A stretch of 60,912 nt of DNA from an uncultured bacterium (GCA_965612795.1 CBFDTI010000002.1:1-60912); one strand, 5' to 3'. Counted from the first letter of the stretch, positions 46,080-58,031 are shown. Notes: generated by a model not told the origin, from the sequence alone. Translations and numbers: made by a program.

Positions 46080-46878
46080 GTAGCTTCTCAACAAGCACAC
46101 GTTTTATGCGGCGTCGCGACCCTTGCAAGATCTCTACATGTAATCCTGCTATGTTAAGATGTTCACCCACCCTGGGTATATAGCCAATGGTCTTGATGAT
46201 ATAACCACCGAATGTGTTAACGTCTTTATCGTGTAAGTTAAGCCCCAAGATTTCGTTGAACTTGTCCAAATCGATGGCTGTATTCACTATGTAACGGTTT
46301 TCACCTACTTTCTGTATTTCAGGTGATACCTTCTCGAACTCATCACTTAACTCACCTACAATCTCTTCAACAAGATCTTTGATGGTAACCAACCCTGCAA
46401 CCATACCATACTCGTCAGTTACTATAGCTAACGACACGTGTCGCCTACGCATGTCACGTAACGCTTGCAAAACACTATACGTACGTGGTACGAAATAAGG
46501 CAACCGTACCGCTTCAATCACTGGTGTATCGGGGTAGCGTCGGAAGCGGTTCAAATCCTTCAGATACACTACACCAACCAAATTGTCTATGGTTTTGTGG
46601 TATACGGGGTAGCGCGAGAATCCGCACTCCACCGCTAGCTGTAAAACACGGTCAACCTCCATATCCGCAGGCACTGACACCATATCCGTGCGTGGTACCA
46701 TCACTTCCTCTACATCCTTTTGGTTGAGTTTAAGAATAGCTTTAACCATACGCTGTTCTTCAGTGGCTATAAAACCTTGTTCAGCGTATTCCTCGAGCAG
46801 GTTATGGAATCGTGTCTTCACTTTGTTTTTTCGATCTAACCTGAGGATTTTGGAGATAAGATTAATTATGGGATGCAT
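46069..46878 (-). CDS. corC: CBS-pair + CorC/HlyC-domain protein (CorC/YbeX-like; no DUF21 membrane domain)
   Basis: VEEVMVPRTDMVSV, two CBS motifs, and a C-terminal transporter-associated domain (TFGGYI...G..). Confidence 0.75.
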   Translation of the reverse strand: MHPIINLISKILRLDRKNKVKTRFHNLLEEYAEQGFIATEEQRMVKAILKLNQKDVEEVMVPRTDMVSVPADMEVDRVLQLAVECGFSRYPVYHKTIDNLVGVVYLKDLNRFRRYPDTPVIEAVRLPYFVPRTYSVLQALRDMRRRHVSLAIVTDEYGMVAGLVTIKDLVEEIVGELSDEFEKVSPEIQKVGENRYIVNTAIDLDKFNEILGLNLHDKDVNTFGGYIIKTIGYIPRVGEHLNIAGLHVEILQGSRRRIKRVLVEKLHDT

Positions 46879-47467
46879 CGCTACCTTCTGACATACCAGC
46901 AGATAGTATTAATGCAAACGCTTCATCCACGGTGAGACCAGATTGTTCAACTTGATCCTCCATAGCACGGACGAAGAAACCCGATGTGGGGTTAGGGACT
47001 GTGGGGATGAATATCGAGTAAAGGGTTTTGTTATCTTTACGCTCTTTACCGGTAACGAAACCTAACGTTTTCAACCCTTTACGTGGGAATTCAACCCACA
47101 CCGCTTCTTTGAATGCACGACGTTCAATAACTAACGCTTTACTTATATGCGTAAGTGCACGATATATAGCACCGATGAGTGGTGCACGACTGAATAGACG
47201 TTCGATGTTGCGTAGGGCCAATTTCCCAATGTAAGTGGATGAAACCCATCCTATGAGATATACGAGCAAGAAAACACAGAGTAAACTTATACCATAGATT
47301 ACAGGGGTTGGGATCTGCAGTCCAACCGGTAGCATATGGGCGAGTTGCTCTAACCACAGCATCAACCTACGTATTATGAACCACAATATGTAAATGATAA
47401 TACCAACAGGTATAAGAACCGCAAGTCCAAGTGCGAGCCGGTGCTTAATCTTAATATGGTGCATCAA
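46862..47467 (-). CDS. DUF502-family membrane protein
   Basis: Two TM helices, then PLIGAIY..FKEAVWVEFPRKG..GFVTG..IFIPTVPNPTSGFF. Confidence 0.75.
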   Translation of the reverse strand: MMHHIKIKHRLALGLAVLIPVGIIIYILWFIIRRLMLWLEQLAHMLPVGLQIPTPVIYGISLLCVFLLVYLIGWVSSTYIGKLALRNIERLFSRAPLIGAIYRALTHISKALVIERRAFKEAVWVEFPRKGLKTLGFVTGKERKDNKTLYSIFIPTVPNPTSGFFVRAMEDQVEQSGLTVDEAFALILSAGMSEGSDASHN

Positions 47468-47976
47468 CTATAGCGATCAAATACGAACACTTCTTCGAAG
47501 GATTTTCTCGGCCTTGGTGCTGGCGATTCAGCTGGATAGCCGAGCGTCATCAGCTCAACCACCTGCTTGCCGGGTGGTATACCCAGTACTTTCTTTACTT
47601 CGTCTTGATAGAAAGCACCTATCCAGCAGGTACCGAGCCCCTCTTCCATCGCTTGTAACGTTATTTGTGTCATAGCTATTGCTATATCTATAATGTGTGC
47701 AGGTATACCACAGGTAAGCACATAATCGGTGGTCTCAGCCACCCCGACAATAACTACAGGGGCTTCACCCACAAACCGTTGCCCTTTGCATGCAGGGACG
47801 AGTGCTTGACGGATGGTGGGATCTTTCACCACTATGAACTTCCATGGTTGGCGATTCTTTGCAGAAGGTGCGAGCCGTGCTGCTTCCAGGACACGGTTGA
47901 GTTTATCTTCAGGAATGGGGTCAGGCTTATATGCTCTTATGCTACGCCTTTTGGTAATAGCATCAAATACATTCAT
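47464..47976 (-). CDS. Nitroreductase-family flavoprotein
   Basis: RRSIRAYK..P..L..VLEAARLAPSAKNRQPWKFIVV. Confidence 0.8.
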   Translation of the reverse strand: MNVFDAITKRRSIRAYKPDPIPEDKLNRVLEAARLAPSAKNRQPWKFIVVKDPTIRQALVPACKGQRFVGEAPVVIVGVAETTDYVLTCGIPAHIIDIAIAMTQITLQAMEEGLGTCWIGAFYQDEVKKVLGIPPGKQVVELMTLGYPAESPAPRPRKSFEEVFVFDRYS

Positions 47977-47987
47977 CGCACCCCCTT

Positions 47988-48617
47988 CTATGTAAATTCG
48001 CGGATAAATTCATGTAAATGTTTGGTCTGATTTAGTAATGTCAAGTAAAATCCACGTTCATCAGTGTATTCCAATATACTATAGGATGCGGTATCTATAT
48101 GTATTTTCCAGAAGTAAGGTTTGGCTATCCCAATAGCACGTGCTATCAATGGTTTAAGTACTGCACGGTGTGTAACGATTACGATTGTACCATCGGTATG
48201 ATTTTTGATGAGTTTGATCAAAGTATTATAAGCACGCTGTTGGACGTGGTCTAGCGGTTCGCCACCTTTTATATGGAGCTCCTCGGGTGTGGTTATCCAT
48301 AACTTCCATAATTCTGGATAGTTGCGCTCTATTTCGGTACGTGGCTTACCTTGCCATTCACCCAGGTCTATGTTGATAAACCCATCTTCTTTGAAAATCG
48401 GCACATTATGAGGTTCATTTATTATCTCCGCGGTCTTCAATGCACGCTGTAGTGGGCTGGTGTAAATAGCATCAATGTTAAAGTTGGCGAGTTCGTCCCG
48501 TAGTGCACGCGCTTGCTCAATACCGCGTGGTGTGAGCGGAAAATCACACCTACCACGAAACAACCGCTGTAGGTTGCCCTCACTTTCGCCATGCCGTACC
48601 AGTACAACTCTTGTCAT
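47988..48617 (-). CDS. Histidine phosphatase (phosphoglycerate mutase-like) family protein
   Basis: LVRHGESEGN catalytic motif and a downstream VTH motif. Confidence 0.8.
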   Translation of the reverse strand: MTRVVLVRHGESEGNLQRLFRGRCDFPLTPRGIEQARALRDELANFNIDAIYTSPLQRALKTAEIINEPHNVPIFKEDGFINIDLGEWQGKPRTEIERNYPELWKLWITTPEELHIKGGEPLDHVQQRAYNTLIKLIKNHTDGTIVIVTHRAVLKPLIARAIGIAKPYFWKIHIDTASYSILEYTDERGFYLTLLNQTKHLHEFIREFT

Positions 48618-49321
48618 TTATGTAAAAGTGTGCCCACCTTATCACCCTGGAGTGCACGGGTTAAGTTACCGCTCTTCATTATATTGAGCACAATTATGGG
48701 TATTTTCTGTTCAGCTGCTAATGCGAATGCGGTGCGATCCATCACACGTAAATTACGGTGAAGCGCTTCATCAAACGTCAACTCAGTGAACATCTTGGCG
48801 TGCGGATTTTCGTTGGGGTCGGAATCATAGACACCATCCACTTTGCTACCTTTGATCATAACATCAGCGTGTAACTCAGCAGCTCGTAATACAGCAGCTG
48901 TATCGGTGGTGAAGAATGGGCTACCGAGACCCATCGCAAACAGTACAACGTACTTAGATTCGAGGTACTGGATGGCACGTTCACGTACATAACCTTCAGC
49001 AAGTTGTGCTACAGGTAATGCGCTCATTATCACAGTGGGTATGTTATGTCGTTCTAGTAAATGCTCAAATATCAATGCGTTGATAAGCGTACTTATCATG
49101 CCTATCTTATCTACCACTATTGGAGCGATACCTGGGATGGGATCACGGCCACGAAATAGGTTACCACCACCTATCATGAATGACAACTCTACATGTGGTT
49201 GAATGGTGCTTATTTCATGTACCAATTGCTGCAATAAAGAAATATTTATATCACGTGGCGTACCGAACGTATCACCACTTATTTTTATAAGTACACGCCT
49301 GTAACTAAAATTGTTCACCAA
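48614..49321 (-). CDS. pyrH: UMP kinase
   Basis: [19 protein letters not shown], and the C-terminal VDGVYDSDP motifs. Non-ATG start (TTG at 49321 or GTG at 49318). Confidence 0.9.
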   Translation of the reverse strand: MVNNFSYRRVLIKISGDTFGTPRDINISLLQQLVHEISTIQPHVELSFMIGGGNLFRGRDPIPGIAPIVVDKIGMISTLINALIFEHLLERHNIPTVIMSALPVAQLAEGYVRERAIQYLESKYVVLFAMGLGSPFFTTDTAAVLRAAELHADVMIKGSKVDGVYDSDPNENPHAKMFTELTFDEALHRNLRVMDRTAFALAAEQKIPIIVLNIMKSGNLTRALQGDKVGTLLHK

Positions 49322-49907
49322 CTTTGAATCTCACAAATCGCCTTACCCTTATGTTTTCACCAAATTTTGATATGTGCTCTTTGATGTACTCCTCAACAGT
49401 AATAGATTGATCCTTTATAAAAGGTTGTGAGAGTAAGCACTTCTCTTCATAGAATTTCTGCAATCTACCCTCTACGATTTTATCCCATGCATGCTCGGGT
49501 TTGCCTTCGGATTTGGCCTGCTCGCGATAGATCTCCTTTTCGTGTTCTATAACATCCTCTGGCACCTCATCCGCGGACACGTATTCGGGTGCCATAGCGG
49601 CTATCTGCATCGCAATATCTTTGGCGAGTGCCTTGAACTCGGGAGTTTGGGCAACGAAACTCGATTCACAGTTGAGTTCAAGCAATACACCCAGCCGGTC
49701 GCCTGTATGTATGTAGGCAGCGATTATGCCCTCCTGGGTTTCACGTTCGAGCTTCTTTTCAGCACGTGCTATACCACGTTTACGGAGATACTCGATGGCC
49801 TTTTCGATATCGCCATCCGTAGCCTCAAGCGCTATCTTACAATCAAGTACACCTGCACCGGTAATTTTACGCAGGTTTTTGATCTCATCTATGCTTACCT
49901 TTTTCAT
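49305..49907 (-). CDS. tsf: Elongation factor Ts (short form)
   Basis: [40 protein letters not shown]-like N-terminus. Confidence 0.9.
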   Translation of the reverse strand: MKKVSIDEIKNLRKITGAGVLDCKIALEATDGDIEKAIEYLRKRGIARAEKKLERETQEGIIAAYIHTGDRLGVLLELNCESSFVAQTPEFKALAKDIAMQIAAMAPEYVSADEVPEDVIEHEKEIYREQAKSEGKPEHAWDKIVEGRLQKFYEEKCLLSQPFIKDQSITVEEYIKEHISKFGENIRVRRFVRFKVGEQF

Positions 49908-50632
49908 GATGCCTCCGTAGGCTGTTTCTCCGAGTAAGTGCCGGTTTCGAGTATACTTCTACCTTCCTTTACTGCACGTGCAATTATGGAAGTTATAAGT
50001 CTTATGGTGTACATTGAGTCATCGTTTGCAGGTATAGGGTAATCGACGAGCTTTGGATCGACATTTGTATCAACTATGGCAACTATTGGGATAGCAAGCC
50101 GTCGTGCCTCTTTCACGGCTGTCATCTCCTTGTTCACATCTGTGATATAAACGATGGATGGCAATGTTTCCATATCTTCGATACCTACGAGATAACGTTC
50201 GAGTCTGGTCAGCTCGCGTTGAAGTGTGAGTATCTCCTTCTTTGTGAGTCCAGGATAATCGTTGTTCTCTTTCATCTCGCGTAGGCGTTTCATTTTGAGT
50301 ACGGATCTGCGTATGGTTTCGAAGTTTGTGAGCATACCACCAAGCCATTTTTCGGTTATGTAGAAAGCACCACACTCTTCGGCCAACTCACGTACGATGT
50401 CTTGTGCCTGTTTTTTGGTACCAATGAACAGTATTGTGCCACCTTCGGCAATACGGTTACGTATAAAATTGTAGGCTTTTTCAAGTCTCTCTATGGTTTT
50501 ACGTACGTCGATGATGTGGGTACCCATTTTCTCCATGAATATGAACTCCTTCGCACGTGGATGCCAACTTGAACGCTTATGTCCCAAATGTGCACCTGCT
50601 TCAAGTAACTCTTCAATTGTGACGAGTGGCAT
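49904..50632 (-). CDS. rpsB: 30S ribosomal protein S2
   Basis: [15 protein letters not shown] prefer the ATG at 50632, preceded by GGAGG, which forms a TGATG overlap with the rpsI stop. The ORF-track GTG at 50647 is rejected. Confidence 0.92.
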   Translation of the reverse strand: MPLVTIEELLEAGAHLGHKRSSWHPRAKEFIFMEKMGTHIIDVRKTIERLEKAYNFIRNRIAEGGTILFIGTKKQAQDIVRELAEECGAFYITEKWLGGMLTNFETIRRSVLKMKRLREMKENNDYPGLTKKEILTLQRELTRLERYLVGIEDMETLPSIVYITDVNKEMTAVKEARRLAIPIVAIVDTNVDPKLVDYPIPANDDSMYTIRLITSIIARAVKEGRSILETGTYSEKQPTEAS

Positions 50633-51060
50633 CAGCGTTTCCTCCACTGAGGTGCACGCCTGGCTTTCCTTAATCCATACTTTTTGCGTTCTTTCATGCG
50701 AGGATCGCGTGTGAGCAGGCCCGCTGTCTTGAGTGTGGATCGGAACTCGGGGTTATAAAGTACCAGTGCACGTGCGATACCGTGACGGATAGCACCTGCC
50801 TGTCCAGACAAACCGCCACCATCAACATGTACGAAGAGGTCAAACTTACCAAGTGTGCCGGTGAGCCTGAATGGCAACAGTATATCATTTATGAGGGCAA
50901 GCTGGCTCTTGAAATACTCCTCAAGTAACCTGCCGTTGACTATCATCTTGCCACCACCGGGACGTAACCGTACACGTGCGGTGGCTGTTTTACGGCGCCC
51001 GGTAGCTGCATACCAAGTAACTTCGGGTGCTTTTTCTTCTAAAATTTCTGGTGTATCCAT
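50632..51060 (-). CDS. rpsI: 30S ribosomal protein S9
   Basis: [15 protein letters not shown]...VNG, and the C-terminal ..[12 protein letters not shown]. Confidence 0.92.
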   Translation of the reverse strand: MDTPEILEEKAPEVTWYAATGRRKTATARVRLRPGGGKMIVNGRLLEEYFKSQLALINDILLPFRLTGTLGKFDLFVHVDGGGLSGQAGAIRHGIARALVLYNPEFRSTLKTAGLLTRDPRMKERKKYGLRKARRAPQWRKR

Positions 51061-51061
51061 C

Positions 51062-51478
51062 TTATGCCTCTATATCTAATGGCTCTGGGTTTTGTGCAAT
51101 ATGTGGGTGAGAGGGTCCACGATAAACCTTGAGCTTTTTGAGCATCTTTCGACCGAGTCGATTCTTTGGTAACATACCTCTTACAGCGTGATAGATGAGG
51201 AATTCGGGATGTTTACGTCGCATCACACCCAACGGAATAGCCTTGAGCCCACCTGGATAACCTGAATGCCTGTAGTAGAGTTTGTCGGTCTCCTTTTTGC
51301 CAGTAACACGCACCTTTTCAGCGTTGATAACCACCACGTAATCACCGACATCAAGGTGCGGCTGATACTGGGGTTTATGTTTACCACGTAGTATGAGTGC
51401 GATCTGCGAAGCAAGTCGCCCAAGTGTCTTGCCAGTAGCATCTATAAGGTACCACTTTCTCTCTGTAGTGGTCGTCAT
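51062..51478 (-). CDS. rplM: 50S ribosomal protein L13
   Basis: [26 protein letters not shown]. Confidence 0.92.
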   Translation of the reverse strand: MTTTTERKWYLIDATGKTLGRLASQIALILRGKHKPQYQPHLDVGDYVVVINAEKVRVTGKKETDKLYYRHSGYPGGLKAIPLGVMRRKHPEFLIYHAVRGMLPKNRLGRKMLKKLKVYRGPSHPHIAQNPEPLDIEA

Positions 51479-51963
51479 ACTTCCTCCAACGCACCTATAA
51501 ACAGCAAATCGACCTTTAAACGTTCTTCAGGTGTCAAGTAGTCAATGTATAAAACACCGTTCAAATGGTCAACTTCATGCTGTACCACACGTGCCATTAT
51601 ACCTTCAAACTTACGTTCAACCTTTTTGCCATCTGCTTTGTATGCACTGATCGTCACTTTACGTGCACGCTCTATTTTAAAATAAAGGCCAGGGAAACTT
51701 AGACAACCCTCTTCGTTAAGAGTTTTACCAGAAGTCTCGATAATGACGGGGTTTATGAATTCCTCAAGCTTATCATCCAGCTTCAGAAGGAATATGCGTT
51801 TGAGTAGACCTACCTGAGGTGCAGCTAATCCCATAGCATCATGCTCGATGAATACACGGCGCATGTTCTCGAGTATGAACTCGAGGTTGCTAGAATCGAA
51901 ATCCCTAACCTCGTGCGCTTTACGTCGTAATACAGGGTCCGGATAGTACCTTAACTTAAACAT
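51475..51963 (-). CDS. def: Peptide deformylase
   Basis: [24 protein letters not shown] motifs. Confidence 0.92.
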   Translation of the reverse strand: MFKLRYYPDPVLRRKAHEVRDFDSSNLEFILENMRRVFIEHDAMGLAAPQVGLLKRIFLLKLDDKLEEFINPVIIETSGKTLNEEGCLSFPGLYFKIERARKVTISAYKADGKKVERKFEGIMARVVQHEVDHLNGVLYIDYLTPEERLKVDLLFIGALEEV

Positions 51964-51992
51964 GCTTTTAAAATAAGAAGATTTCCCAACGT

Positions 51993-52032
51993 GTCAATAA
52001 CAATGGACTCTATCAAGTGAAGAGTTATTGAC
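51993..52032. promoter_or_regulatory. 9-bp inverted repeat in the divergent def / isomerase-like intergenic region (operator candidate)
   Basis: GTCAATAAC (51993-52001) and GTTATTGAC (52024-52032), with a 22-nt spacer. Confidence 0.25.
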
Positions 52033-52062
52033 CGATAGCCATTGATTCATATCTTGTAAACT

Positions 52063-52890
52063 ATGCGACCTGCGAACCCTATCGGATATCAAGCTTCGTA
52101 TGATACCCAGAGCATATTCGAGGCAATAAGGTTTGGGAAGGAGAATGGATTCCAAGCGGTAGAAATACATCTATTGTCACCTAATTTTCAACCTGAACGA
52201 ATAAATAGCGCCGAACGGCGTGCGATAAGGGATGAGAATTTTATCCTACTATTTCATGTGCCAACCAACTTCTCGTTTTTCATAGATGATAAGGTACGAC
52301 TTGCGACTATCGAAAGACTTAAGGAATACATAGATTTCGCTGAGGAGCTTGCCGCATATGCGATTACGGTGCATTTGGGACGCTCAATGCCATTAGCTAC
52401 ACAAGGTAAAATATTACGTACATGGGAACTCTGGTACGAACAAGAGTACGAACGCTTATATTCGAGTCTCAAAGATATAGGTACGTACATGCAGGATAAG
52501 CGGCTATTCTTTTGTATAGAGAATACGTCTGAGATGCGCTACCCATTATCATATGAGGTATTGGAAAGTCTACTGCCGGAGTTACCTCTATACTTGACGT
52601 GGGATATAGGGCATTCAAATACTCTCAATCATGATGAGAAGCAACGTGAGGAGGCATTCTTCCTACGTTTTCTACACAAGGTGAAGAACGTACACCTACA
52701 TGATAACTGGGGTAAGATTGACGAACATAACATCATAGGTGAAGGCAACATAAACTGGGGTTACTATTTGGAGTTGCTTGATTCCAAAGAACGTGTGTTG
52801 ATACTCGAGACACGACCAAGGGAGCTTGCTGTGTTAGGTATGAAACGCCTTCTTAATGTTTGGCATCATAACAATAAGTTGACGAAATAA
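52063..52890 (+). CDS. Xylose-isomerase-like TIM-barrel protein (sugar phosphate isomerase/epimerase, AP_endonuc_2 fold)
   Basis: VEIHL.., ITVHLG, CIENT, WDIGHS, VHLHDN metal-ligand pattern. Confidence 0.7.
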   Translation: MRPANPIGYQASYDTQSIFEAIRFGKENGFQAVEIHLLSPNFQPERINSAERRAIRDENFILLFHVPTNFSFFIDDKVRLATIERLKEYIDFAEELAAYAITVHLGRSMPLATQGKILRTWELWYEQEYERLYSSLKDIGTYMQDKRLFFCIENTSEMRYPLSYEVLESLLPELPLYLTWDIGHSNTLNHDEKQREEAFFLRFLHKVKNVHLHDNWGKIDEHNIIGEGNINWGYYLELLDSKERVLILETRPRELAVLGMKRLLNVWHHNNKLTK

Positions 52891-52923
52891 CATGCAAATG
52901 TATCTTCAGTCTAAGGAGGTAAA

Positions 52924-54276
52924 ATGCGACACTTCATGTTAATTTCTATGTTCATCTTTATAATAGGGTGCCAATCCAAAGGTACGTTTGAGGATTTTGC
53001 GCACGTACGACAGGCCGAGAAGACACTGACGGAAATACGTAATGCGCTCGAAGCCTACAGGGTGGACCATGGCGCATACCCAGGTCCTAATGCTGACCTT
53101 AAAGAAGTGTTAGCGTTTCACTTCTCGCGCCCTATAATCACAGAGCATGCATCTGCATCCAAACATACCGGTAATATTGCATATGCGAAGAAGCGTATCG
53201 AAAACATGTACGGTATACTGCAGGAGTTCTACGGGCTCACGTTATCATATCTACCGGAGGAGATGAGGGGCAAGGTGGATTCACAGTTAGCTAAAGTTAT
53301 GTACTGCTTGCGGAAATATGAGGCTGAGGTAGACCTTATCCCATTCGAGGATACGCTGAAGGTAGAAGATCCCATATCTATTGTGGTAGATGTTTACGAT
53401 AAACTTGATAAAATGGCACCCGCCGAACGGGAGGCTACCATTAGGGAAGTATTACTTAAAAGGGCTACCAAATTAGCAACATACTTTGATAGCATGAAAT
53501 CCGTAGTAGATGTGGTTATGGATACGACAAAGGTGGAGGATTATCGTAAGAACATGGAGATACTCCATGCGTTATTCAAACGCAAATGGGCTGAACTCAT
53601 GGGTAAGAGGGTCGAGGATACGATCACAATTACGCTGGATGAAGCTGCCCGTAATTTGGATGAGCTGCAACTCGATAGCCTTCTCTATATGGAGATGAAA
53701 ACCGCTATTGATAGCTTTCGCAAGATGGAGACTGAATATGCGAAGTGGGGCGCTATAAAGAAGGGATGGGAAGGTATGCAGCGACTTAGGTTACTACTCG
53801 ATCAATACCAACAAGATATACGACCTATGGTGCATACCTCTGCCATTATGGCGAAAGCGCGACTTGGTCTACTCAAGATAAAAGATGAAATAGAAGACTA
53901 CAGGCGTGTAAATGGTCGATATCCACCCGAGGAGATGTTCGACTCATTACGTAGGAAAGCGTTTATCGAAATAACCATGGGAGGTGAAATCGTAGATTAT
54001 TGGCCTGAATACTCACCCGCGTATGCAGAAGGTCCGTATTATGAGCTCATCGATACACTTACCCAGTTTAGGGTATATGCGTATGCTAATGATCCTGCCA
54101 AAAGTTACGTGTACTGTGAGGTGAAGCTCAAAAACATGTGGGATAAGGTGGTGAGCACCTTCTTTAAAGGTCCCATATATGAGACACCGGATTCGACCAA
54201 AACTTACTTCCTTAAAGCATGGGCTAGCGATCGTGGTCATACACTAGTGGTGGCACGTCCCCCTACACATAAGTGA
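52924..54276 (+). CDS. Orphan lipoprotein with two pseudopilin (GspG)-like motifs flanking a long helical region
   Basis: Lipobox FIIGCQ. LTEIRNALEAYRVDHGAYPG near the N-terminus and LLKIKDEIEDYRRVNGRYPPEE near residue 320. RBS AAGGAGGT. Confidence 0.45.
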   Translation: MRHFMLISMFIFIIGCQSKGTFEDFAHVRQAEKTLTEIRNALEAYRVDHGAYPGPNADLKEVLAFHFSRPIITEHASASKHTGNIAYAKKRIENMYGILQEFYGLTLSYLPEEMRGKVDSQLAKVMYCLRKYEAEVDLIPFEDTLKVEDPISIVVDVYDKLDKMAPAEREATIREVLLKRATKLATYFDSMKSVVDVVMDTTKVEDYRKNMEILHALFKRKWAELMGKRVEDTITITLDEAARNLDELQLDSLLYMEMKTAIDSFRKMETEYAKWGAIKKGWEGMQRLRLLLDQYQQDIRPMVHTSAIMAKARLGLLKIKDEIEDYRRVNGRYPPEEMFDSLRRKAFIEITMGGEIVDYWPEYSPAYAEGPYYELIDTLTQFRVYAYANDPAKSYVYCEVKLKNMWDKVVSTFFKGPIYETPDSTKTYFLKAWASDRGHTLVVARPPTHK

Positions 54277-55520
54277 TGCAGAAGTTTCGTATTATTGGGG
54301 GGAACCCAGTTCGTGGTAAATTGCGTGTACAGGGAGCTAAAAACGCCAGCCTACCCATAATAGCGGCATCGTTACTTATAAAAGAGGAAGTCGTCCTACA
54401 CAATGTACCTAGATTACGTGATGTGCGTACATTGCTTGAGATACTTACGTTTATGGGAGTGGATCACCAATTTGAGGGTAACACACTCATCATAAATGCA
54501 AAGACAATACAACAACCTGCAGCACCATACGAACTGGTAAAGCAGATGCGTGCCTCGATACTTGTGATGGGTCCGTTGATATCGAGATTGGGTGAAGTTG
54601 AGGTGGCACGACCCGGTGGTTGTGCTATCGGACATCGTCCAATAGATGTACACATAAATGGGTTCAAGCGAATGGAGGTGGATATCCAAGAGTTTGCCGG
54701 TACTATCAAAGCAAAGGGACAGCCAAAGGGTGGCACCATATACCTCGAGGAACGATCTGTCACCGGTACAGAGAACCTCATTATGGGCTCCGTTATGGCA
54801 CAAAATACAACTCGGCTTGTCAATGTGGCACTGGAGCCCCACGTTAGGGAACTCATACAGTTTCTCAATAAAGCAGGTGCCAAGGTAAGTATGGAAGGCG
54901 ACCAGGTACTTATCCATCCCGTATCTGAACTCCATGGTATCGAATACACCATAGGGCCAGATTATATTGAAGCTGATACGTTTATGGCAGCCGCCGCTAT
55001 CACACGTGGTGATATATTCATAGAGGGTGCAAGATGGGAAGATTCCACCTCTGAAATACTGAAATTGCAGGAGGCGGGTGTGGAAATTCATAAGGATGGC
55101 CCCGGAATAAGGGTAACCTGCACACGGCGGCTGAAGGCAGTAAACTTTAAGACGGCACCATTTCCAGGGTTCCCGACCGACTTTCAACCTATATTTAGTG
55201 CGGTGTTGACGTTAGCTGAGGGTACCAGTTTCGTAGAGGAGTCACTTTATGAGAATAGATTTACACATTTCCCGGAATTACAGAGGATGGGTGCACGTGT
55301 GGTGATAGAGAATAGGGTTGCAACCATATATGGGGTGGAGAAACTGTGGGGTGCACCCGTCATGGCATCAGATGCAAGATGTGGTGCTGCTCTGGTGGTG
55401 GCTGCACTTGGTGCAGAGGGTGAATCCACCGTCGATAGAGTGTACCACATAGATCGTGCATATGAAAGATTAGACAATAAGCTAAGAAGTGTTGGAGCGA
55501 ACATCGAGCGTATCGGGTGA
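54276..55520 (+). CDS. murA: UDP-N-acetylglucosamine 1-carboxyvinyltransferase
   Basis: F.I.GG..L.G...V.GAKNA.LPI, catalytic region RPGGCAIGHRPID. TGATG overlap with the upstream stop. Confidence 0.92.
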   Translation: MQKFRIIGGNPVRGKLRVQGAKNASLPIIAASLLIKEEVVLHNVPRLRDVRTLLEILTFMGVDHQFEGNTLIINAKTIQQPAAPYELVKQMRASILVMGPLISRLGEVEVARPGGCAIGHRPIDVHINGFKRMEVDIQEFAGTIKAKGQPKGGTIYLEERSVTGTENLIMGSVMAQNTTRLVNVALEPHVRELIQFLNKAGAKVSMEGDQVLIHPVSELHGIEYTIGPDYIEADTFMAAAAITRGDIFIEGARWEDSTSEILKLQEAGVEIHKDGPGIRVTCTRRLKAVNFKTAPFPGFPTDFQPIFSAVLTLAEGTSFVEESLYENRFTHFPELQRMGARVVIENRVATIYGVEKLWGAPVMASDARCGAALVVAALGAEGESTVDRVYHIDRAYERLDNKLRSVGANIERIG

Positions 55521-56224
55521 TGAAGATAGTAGATGGGGTCCACCGTATCAAGTTGTTCCCCAGCAGCGTATATTTGATAGAAGATGAGAAACTTATACTA
55601 ATAGATACTGGGGTACCAGGCTATACCAGTAGGATACTGCGCTACATAAGGAAGATTGGAAGAAACCCCAGAGATATAGGATTTATAGTGCTTACACATC
55701 ATCATATTGATCACATCGGTAATGCGAGACGGCTCAAACATCTCACAGGTAGTAAAGTAGTTGCACACGAGATAGAAGCCCCATATATTGAAGGTAAGCA
55801 GAGAGCATGGAAGGACAGCAGAATCTGGTGGACACGTTTACTACTATGGATAAGCCATATGATGTTCAAGAAGTGTTTCACAAAGGTTGATATCAAGCTC
55901 AGGGATGGCGATAAAATAGGTAACCTTAAAGTCATACATGTGCCGGGACACACAAAAGGCAGTATAGCGTTATTAGATGAACGCCGTAGAATACTGTTCC
56001 CAGGCGATACAGTGCCATACACGTTGGCATATATTAGGTTGAAGAAGGGGCCCAACCCTTACTCATGGGATGTTAACAAAGAGTGCGAATCACTCAAAAA
56101 ACTGGCCAACTTCGATTACGAATTGATATTACCTAATGATTCAAGGATCGTCACCCAGAGGGGGGCAGAATTTGTACGTCAATGTGTATATCACGTGTAT
56201 AAATTAAAGGTTGACCCTGGATGA
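55520..56224 (+). CDS. MBL-fold metallo-hydrolase
   Basis: LIDTG..VLTHHHIDHIGN..HVPGHTKGS. TGATG overlap with the murA stop. Confidence 0.8.
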   Translation: MKIVDGVHRIKLFPSSVYLIEDEKLILIDTGVPGYTSRILRYIRKIGRNPRDIGFIVLTHHHIDHIGNARRLKHLTGSKVVAHEIEAPYIEGKQRAWKDSRIWWTRLLLWISHMMFKKCFTKVDIKLRDGDKIGNLKVIHVPGHTKGSIALLDERRRILFPGDTVPYTLAYIRLKKGPNPYSWDVNKECESLKKLANFDYELILPNDSRIVTQRGAEFVRQCVYHVYKLKVDPG

Positions 56225-56253
56225 GTGGGATTACATTCTAAGTGGTTCGCCTC

Positions 56254-56281
56254 TTGACTGACTGCAGTCAGGAGGTATATT
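56254..56281 (+). promoter_or_regulatory. Candidate rRNA promoter P1
   Basis: TTGACT-N16-TATATT. The spacer contains the 14-nt perfect palindrome CTGACTGCAGTCAG (56258-56271). Confidence 0.4.
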
Positions 56282-56300
56282 TGAAGTGCTCTTTAGAGGG

Positions 56301-56328
56301 TTGACAGCTGAAAAGGTTGCACTATTAA
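56301..56328 (+). promoter_or_regulatory. Candidate rRNA promoter P2
   Basis: TTGACA-N16-TATTAA, about 95 nt upstream of the mature 16S 5' end. Confidence 0.4.
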
Positions 56329-56363
56329 CTATATGATTATTACATATAAAGTTCACTCCAAAC

Positions 56364-56378
56364 GGTCTTTGAAATTCA
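56364..56378 (+). promoter_or_regulatory. boxA-like antitermination element in the 16S leader
   Basis: GGTCTTTGAAATTCA resembles the Firmicutes-type boxA TTCTTTGAAAA. It is part of a 19-nt exact repeat (56366-56384 = 58199-58217). Confidence 0.45.
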
Positions 56379-56399
56379 TATCGGTGTCTCGGTTGCGGT
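56378..56399 (+). other. 5' strand of the 16S rRNA processing (RNase III-type) stem
   Basis: ATATCGGTGTCTCGGTTGCGGT pairs over 22 consecutive bp (one G-U) with 58010-58031. Confidence 0.7.
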
Positions 56400-56421
56400 A
56401 GCCTACCGTCGATTTATATTT

Positions 56422-57994
<1,573 letters not shown>

Positions 57995-58009
57995 TACAGG
58001 ATTTACCTA

Positions 58010-58031
58010 ACCGCAACCGAGGCACCGATAT
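58010..58031 (+). other. 3' strand of the 16S rRNA processing stem
   Basis: ACCGCAACCGAGGCACCGATAT is complementary to 56378-56399. It ends 1 nt before tRNA-Ile. Confidence 0.7.

Noticed and set aside
54414-55187. 257-aa ORF antisense to murA (also 54464-54952, 162 aa)
   Set aside because: It lies entirely inside the well-supported murA frame. It is Cys/His/Tyr-rich with low-complexity composition, and has no RBS or recognisable motif. This is a typical shadow ORF.
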